Shown: positions 25,378-28,016 of the stretch, piece by piece | Layout of the letters: the number at the start of each line of letters is the position of its first letter | Numbering within the stretch: position 1 is the stretch's first letter | Source: a virus | Taxonomy: Duplodnaviria; Caudoviricetes | Direction: 5' to 3' (one strand) | IMG/VR virus record: IMGVR_UViG_3300025577_000049 | Span: 1-28,016 of that record | DNA length: 28,016 nt | Translations under genes and position numbers: made by a program | Notes under the pieces: model-generated | What the model saw: the letters and a program-made list of their open reading frames with translations, nothing else | The model's database searches: none | Told to the model about the DNA's origin: nothing

Positions 25378-26509
25378 ACCTCAAGGATTGCCGCCAAACC
25401 TATACACTAACAAGTCGAAAGGCAAAGTGTATTACTCTTATAAACACCCAGTTAATAAGACTAGGCATGGACTTGGAACTAATAAGCTAAATGCGGTGAA
25501 AGCCGCTAGGCTTATGAATGATAAGTTTGAGCAGCGTTTTGAGATTGAAAAGATGCTAGTCAATGGCATGATTAAAATGAGTGCGCTGTGTGAAGAGTAT
25601 AGAGCGTTTATTAAACAGCAATTATCAGCAGGGGCTTTAGCTCAATCCACAATAGAAAATCGCGGATACACTTTAGATCGCATAAAAATTAAGTTAGGCA
25701 AGGCTTACGCCAGAGACATTAAGACAATAGACATTACGCGCTACCTTAATGATATGTATGACCCAAAGACTGACCTGGGCACTGCTAGGGCGCGTGACGT
25801 TCACAGAGGCCACTTAATGCTTTTATTTGAATACGCTATTCAAGAGGGGTACGTTGATAAGTTTAATCCAGCGACACCATGCTTAAAGGTAGGCAAGAAA
25901 CGTGTCACTAGGAGGCATACCATTGATGGATGGAATGCGATTTATAACGCTGCTGAGCCTTGGCTAAAAAACGCAATGGACTTGGCAATTTTAATTCTTC
26001 AGCGTAGATCCGACTTGTGTGACATAAAATTGTCAGACATAAAAGACGGACACATACACATGATTCAAAAGAAAAGCATTAAGCATGATAGTGCGTATAT
26101 TAAAATTGAAGTGACAAAAGAACTGGCTGAAGTTATTCAGAAGTGTAAGTCAGATAATGTGCTTTCACCTTACCTAATTCATAGAGTGCCTAACAAGAGA
26201 ACTAAGGCAGCTATGGATACAGGCAACCACAGAACTTATATTACCCCAGCGTATTTGAGTAGAGCGTTTAAAAAGGTTAGGGACTTGGTTAATCCATACC
26301 CTGATTACACAGAAGATGAACAACCAGGCATTCACCAAGGTAAAGCATTGGGCAGTAAGTTATACAAAAGAAGGTTTGGTGAATCAGCAACAATAATGGC
26401 TGGACACACTAGTAAAGAAATGACCAACTTTTATGAAGAAGATCCTGACGATATTGAGTGGAAGCTGGCAGTGCCTAAACTGGACTTAAAAGCCGATTTA
26501 AAGCGGTAG
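25370..26509 (+). CDS. int: Tyrosine integrase with a lambda Int-like arm-binding domain
   Basis: LPPNLY...YYSYKHP...HGLG; QRRSDL (Arg), QKK (Lys), HQGK (for HxxR), AGH, TNFY (Tyr). Confidence 0.93.
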   Translation: MPKPQGLPPNLYTNKSKGKVYYSYKHPVNKTRHGLGTNKLNAVKAARLMNDKFEQRFEIEKMLVNGMIKMSALCEEYRAFIKQQLSAGALAQSTIENRGYTLDRIKIKLGKAYARDIKTIDITRYLNDMYDPKTDLGTARARDVHRGHLMLLFEYAIQEGYVDKFNPATPCLKVGKKRVTRRHTIDGWNAIYNAAEPWLKNAMDLAILILQRRSDLCDIKLSDIKDGHIHMIQKKSIKHDSAYIKIEVTKELAEVIQKCKSDNVLSPYLIHRVPNKRTKAAMDTGNHRTYITPAYLSRAFKKVRDLVNPYPDYTEDEQPGIHQGKALGSKLYKRRFGESATIMAGHTSKEMTNFYEEDPDDIEWKLAVPKLDLKADLKR

Positions 26510-26511
26510 GC

Positions 26512-26542
26512 TTGACCAACTTTTGACCAACTTTTGACCAAC
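26512..26542 (+). repeat. Integrase arm-type binding sites
   Basis: TTGACCAAC three times at an 11-bp period (26512, 26523, 26534); another TTTTGACCAA at 26752 across the core. Confidence 0.8.
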
Positions 26543-26598
26543 TCTGTTTTCTGAATATTTGGAAAAGCTCTGAAAGCCCCACCCCATAAGGGTTTAAC

Positions 26599-26644
26599 TG
26601 GTCGGGACGGCAGGATTTGAACCTGCGACCCCCTGCCCCCCAGG
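26599..26644 (-). other. attP core: 3' half of tRNA-Pro(GGG)
   Basis: Minus strand CTGGGGG-GCAGG-GGGTC-GCAGG-TTCAAAT-CCTGC-CGTCCCG-A-CCA = anticodon loop through CCA; 5' half absent. Confidence 0.88.
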
Positions 26645-26731
26645 AATGAACCCAATCAAGCGCAAACCCCCGTGGTTGCTGCAATGTAGTGTTTTTTCGT
26701 TACCAAAATACTAATCAATCCAACCCAATGG

Positions 26732-26744
26732 AATCAACAACTTA
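26732..26744 (+). promoter_or_regulatory. IHF-binding site in the attP arm
   Basis: AATCAACAACTTA matches consensus WATCAANNNNTTR. Confidence 0.65.
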
Positions 26745-26805
26745 ACACACGTTTTGACCAACACTTATCAATACTAAACAATGCGCTAAAGTTAAGACCA
26801 CCCAC

Positions 26806-26829
26806 AAAAAAGACCACCCGTGGGTAGCC
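26806..26829 (-). terminator. Rho-independent terminator after the lysis cassette
   Basis: Minus strand GGCTACC-CACG-GGTGGTC-TTTTTT. Confidence 0.75.
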
Positions 26830-26849
26830 AAAGGTGGAGCCTTGGGGAA

Positions 26850-27203
26850 TTACTTCTTCTTCATTACGCTTTCGGCTAGACCACCACCAAAGTAGAACAT
26901 GACTATTGTTAACATGATCCAATCGATCTGGAACTCAGACAGGATCGCTTTAACGCCTGTTACATCTTTGCCTAAGAACGTCATAACGATCACCAGGATA
27001 TAAGTGCCGATATAGGTGACTGAGAACATAGTCGCCATGATGCGCTGGGCTATCTTAAATGGCGCGTAGGCGGTCATCAGGTCAGTCTTAGCCTTGGTCT
27101 TGGCTTCGATCATCTCAACGTCAGACGTATGAAATGAGTCTATTAGATCCATGCCCTTGCTGATGACATCACCGCTTCCAAATATTGTGCTTAGAACGCC
27201 CAT
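26850..27203 (-). CDS. Putative holin (3TM-holin-like)
   Basis: N-terminal amphipathic segment (DLIDSFHTSDVE), two hydrophobic TM segments, FYFGG motif, basic C-terminus; next to the endolysin. Confidence 0.7.
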   Translation of the reverse strand: MGVLSTIFGSGDVISKGMDLIDSFHTSDVEMIEAKTKAKTDLMTAYAPFKIAQRIMATMFSVTYIGTYILVIVMTFLGKDVTGVKAILSEFQIDWIMLTIVMFYFGGGLAESVMKKK

Positions 27204-27208
27204 GTTAA

Positions 27209-27601
27209 TTAATCCCTCAGTTCAAAGTGTGGATAGTCCTGCCAACTCTTCCAGAGGCCACCCCACTTCAACTCATGGCCTAGTTGCGCGGAAGCTTGCA
27301 GCATAGCTGTGGCGACTGTTGTAAGGTGGAGAATGTCCCAGCTTGCCTTTCCTTCGGGTGTAAGACAAAACACATCGAGCGCCTTGCCCGATTGGTGATA
27401 TGATTTATTAGTTCGTCCATCGCATTTAGATTTGCCAGCCGTATACAATTTTGCCTGGCAGGCTTCATCACGGAACCCCCCGTCACTTGGGATGCCAAAG
27501 TCAATAGGACTAAAGCTAATAGCAAGTTCTGCGATGTCGATAAGGCGATCATCGATGCCCTCCATGTTTCTCATACTATTTGTGCCTAACTGGAACGTCA
27601 T
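27209..27601 (-). CDS. Endolysin, M15-family L-Ala-D-Glu peptidase (T5 Lys-like)
   Basis: GFR...Q..LY..GKS, SYHQSGKALD (His/Asp), WGGLW..WQDYPHFEL. Confidence 0.92.
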   Translation of the reverse strand: MTFQLGTNSMRNMEGIDDRLIDIAELAISFSPIDFGIPSDGGFRDEACQAKLYTAGKSKCDGRTNKSYHQSGKALDVFCLTPEGKASWDILHLTTVATAMLQASAQLGHELKWGGLWKSWQDYPHFELRD

Positions 27602-27819
27602 TACATTCTCCCCATGATGTACGATGAAACACCGCCAAGAGCAGCAGCCAGGATGATTACTCCAGCAGCCATACCCTTGCCTTTAGCTAACTGGATCTCT
27701 TGAGCAGCAAGTCGGTCATTAAGTTTAGCCATCGTCTTGGTCAACGATTCAACGTCTTTGTTTAACTGAGTAACCGCGCTGACCAATTGGCCTGCTTCAA
27801 AGTCTGGCATACCTGACAT
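27601..27819 (-). CDS. Small coiled-coil protein with a C-terminal TM helix (lysis region)
   Basis: Heptad pattern followed by GMAAGVIILAAALGG; TAATG-coupled to the endolysin. Confidence 0.7.
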   Translation of the reverse strand: MSGMPDFEAGQLVSAVTQLNKDVESLTKTMAKLNDRLAAQEIQLAKGKGMAAGVIILAAALGGVSSYIMGRM

Positions 27820-27823
27820 TTTT

Positions 27824-28016
27824 CTATCTCACATAAACGGCAACGCCAAACAGCGCAGCCATAATTACTATTAATATTCCAAAAACTTTCATTGCTACTG
27901 CTAAATTTTCGTCAAGTGCTTTGGCTCTTGCTGCCTTTCTTTTACGTTCTGCCAATTCAGCTTCTTTTTGTTCTCTGGTGTAAGCTGCTTTAAATTTCAA
28001 GAAATCAGCATAGCCT
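27824..28016 (-). CDS. Partial ORF (3' end), coiled coil plus C-terminal TM helix
   Basis: Not in the track; ...GYADFLKFKAAYTREQKEAELAERKRKAARAKALDENLAVAMKVFGILIVIMAALFGVAVYVR*. Confidence 0.7.
   Translation of the reverse strand, partial: GYADFLKFKAAYTREQKEAELAERKRKAARAKALDENLAVAMKVFGILIVIMAALFGVAVYVR

Larger units (their letters stand above)
1..28016. mobile_element. Temperate podovirus-like phage genome segment (lambdoid control region, P22-type terminase, T7/BPP-1-like head-tail genes), spanning an intact attP
   Basis: Contiguous phage genes throughout and no host genes; cI/cro, xis/int and attP with phage genes on both sides. Confidence 0.95.

Noticed and set aside
26599-26680. Possible intact tRNA gene
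   Set aside because: Only the anticodon loop to CCA is present; the upstream sequence cannot form the anticodon 5' strand, D-arm or acceptor 5' strand, so it is an att core
26431-26922. ORFs 26431..26655, 26475..26684 and 26734..26922
   Set aside because: They overlap the attP core, arm repeats and terminator; the translations simply reflect those DNA elements
9300-27552. Other same-strand nested ORFs (9300..9518, 10976..11233, 15554..15766, 17731..17925, 27280..27552)
   Set aside because: Short, with no clear SD and no protein motifs, unlike the 19180..19794 nested ORF
1-28016. Diversity-generating retroelement, considered because of the BPP-1-like virion genes
   Set aside because: No reverse transcriptase and no template/variable repeat pair seen; tail-fibre genes are outside the window

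Overview
The whole 28 kb window is a temperate, podovirus-like phage, apparently in excised or virion form because attP is intact. The minus strand runs from a lambdoid immunity switch (cI/cro, 21.6-22.9 kb) through a replication initiator containing iteron-like repeats, a C5 DNA methyltransferase, ninB/ninG, dUTPase and a double-HTH regulator. It continues into P22-type terminase genes and a T7/BPP-1/epsilon15-like virion module: portal, scaffold, capsid, tail tubular A/B and internal (ejected) virion proteins. The plus strand carries a PL-like operon (small proteins, Rad52/Sak recombinase, SSB, Xis, Int) ending at an attP whose core is the 3' half of tRNA-Pro(GGG). The lysis cassette converges on attP from the right. 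Most notable: (1) a 204-aa out-of-frame gene with its own Shine-Dalgarno nested in the methyltransferase, supplying the missing motif IX (M.EcoHK31I-type alpha/beta enzyme); (2) a 1430-aa virion protein with an ADP-ribosyltransferase and a second ART-like cassette beside or inside a variant zincin domain; (3) a CI repressor lacking both the catalytic Ser and the Ala-Gly cleavage site; (4) a motif, AATRACCGAGCA, at three late-gene junctions, plus a structured capsid leader with a duplicated bulged-helix motif. All family assignments come from motif recognition by eye; no database searches were run.
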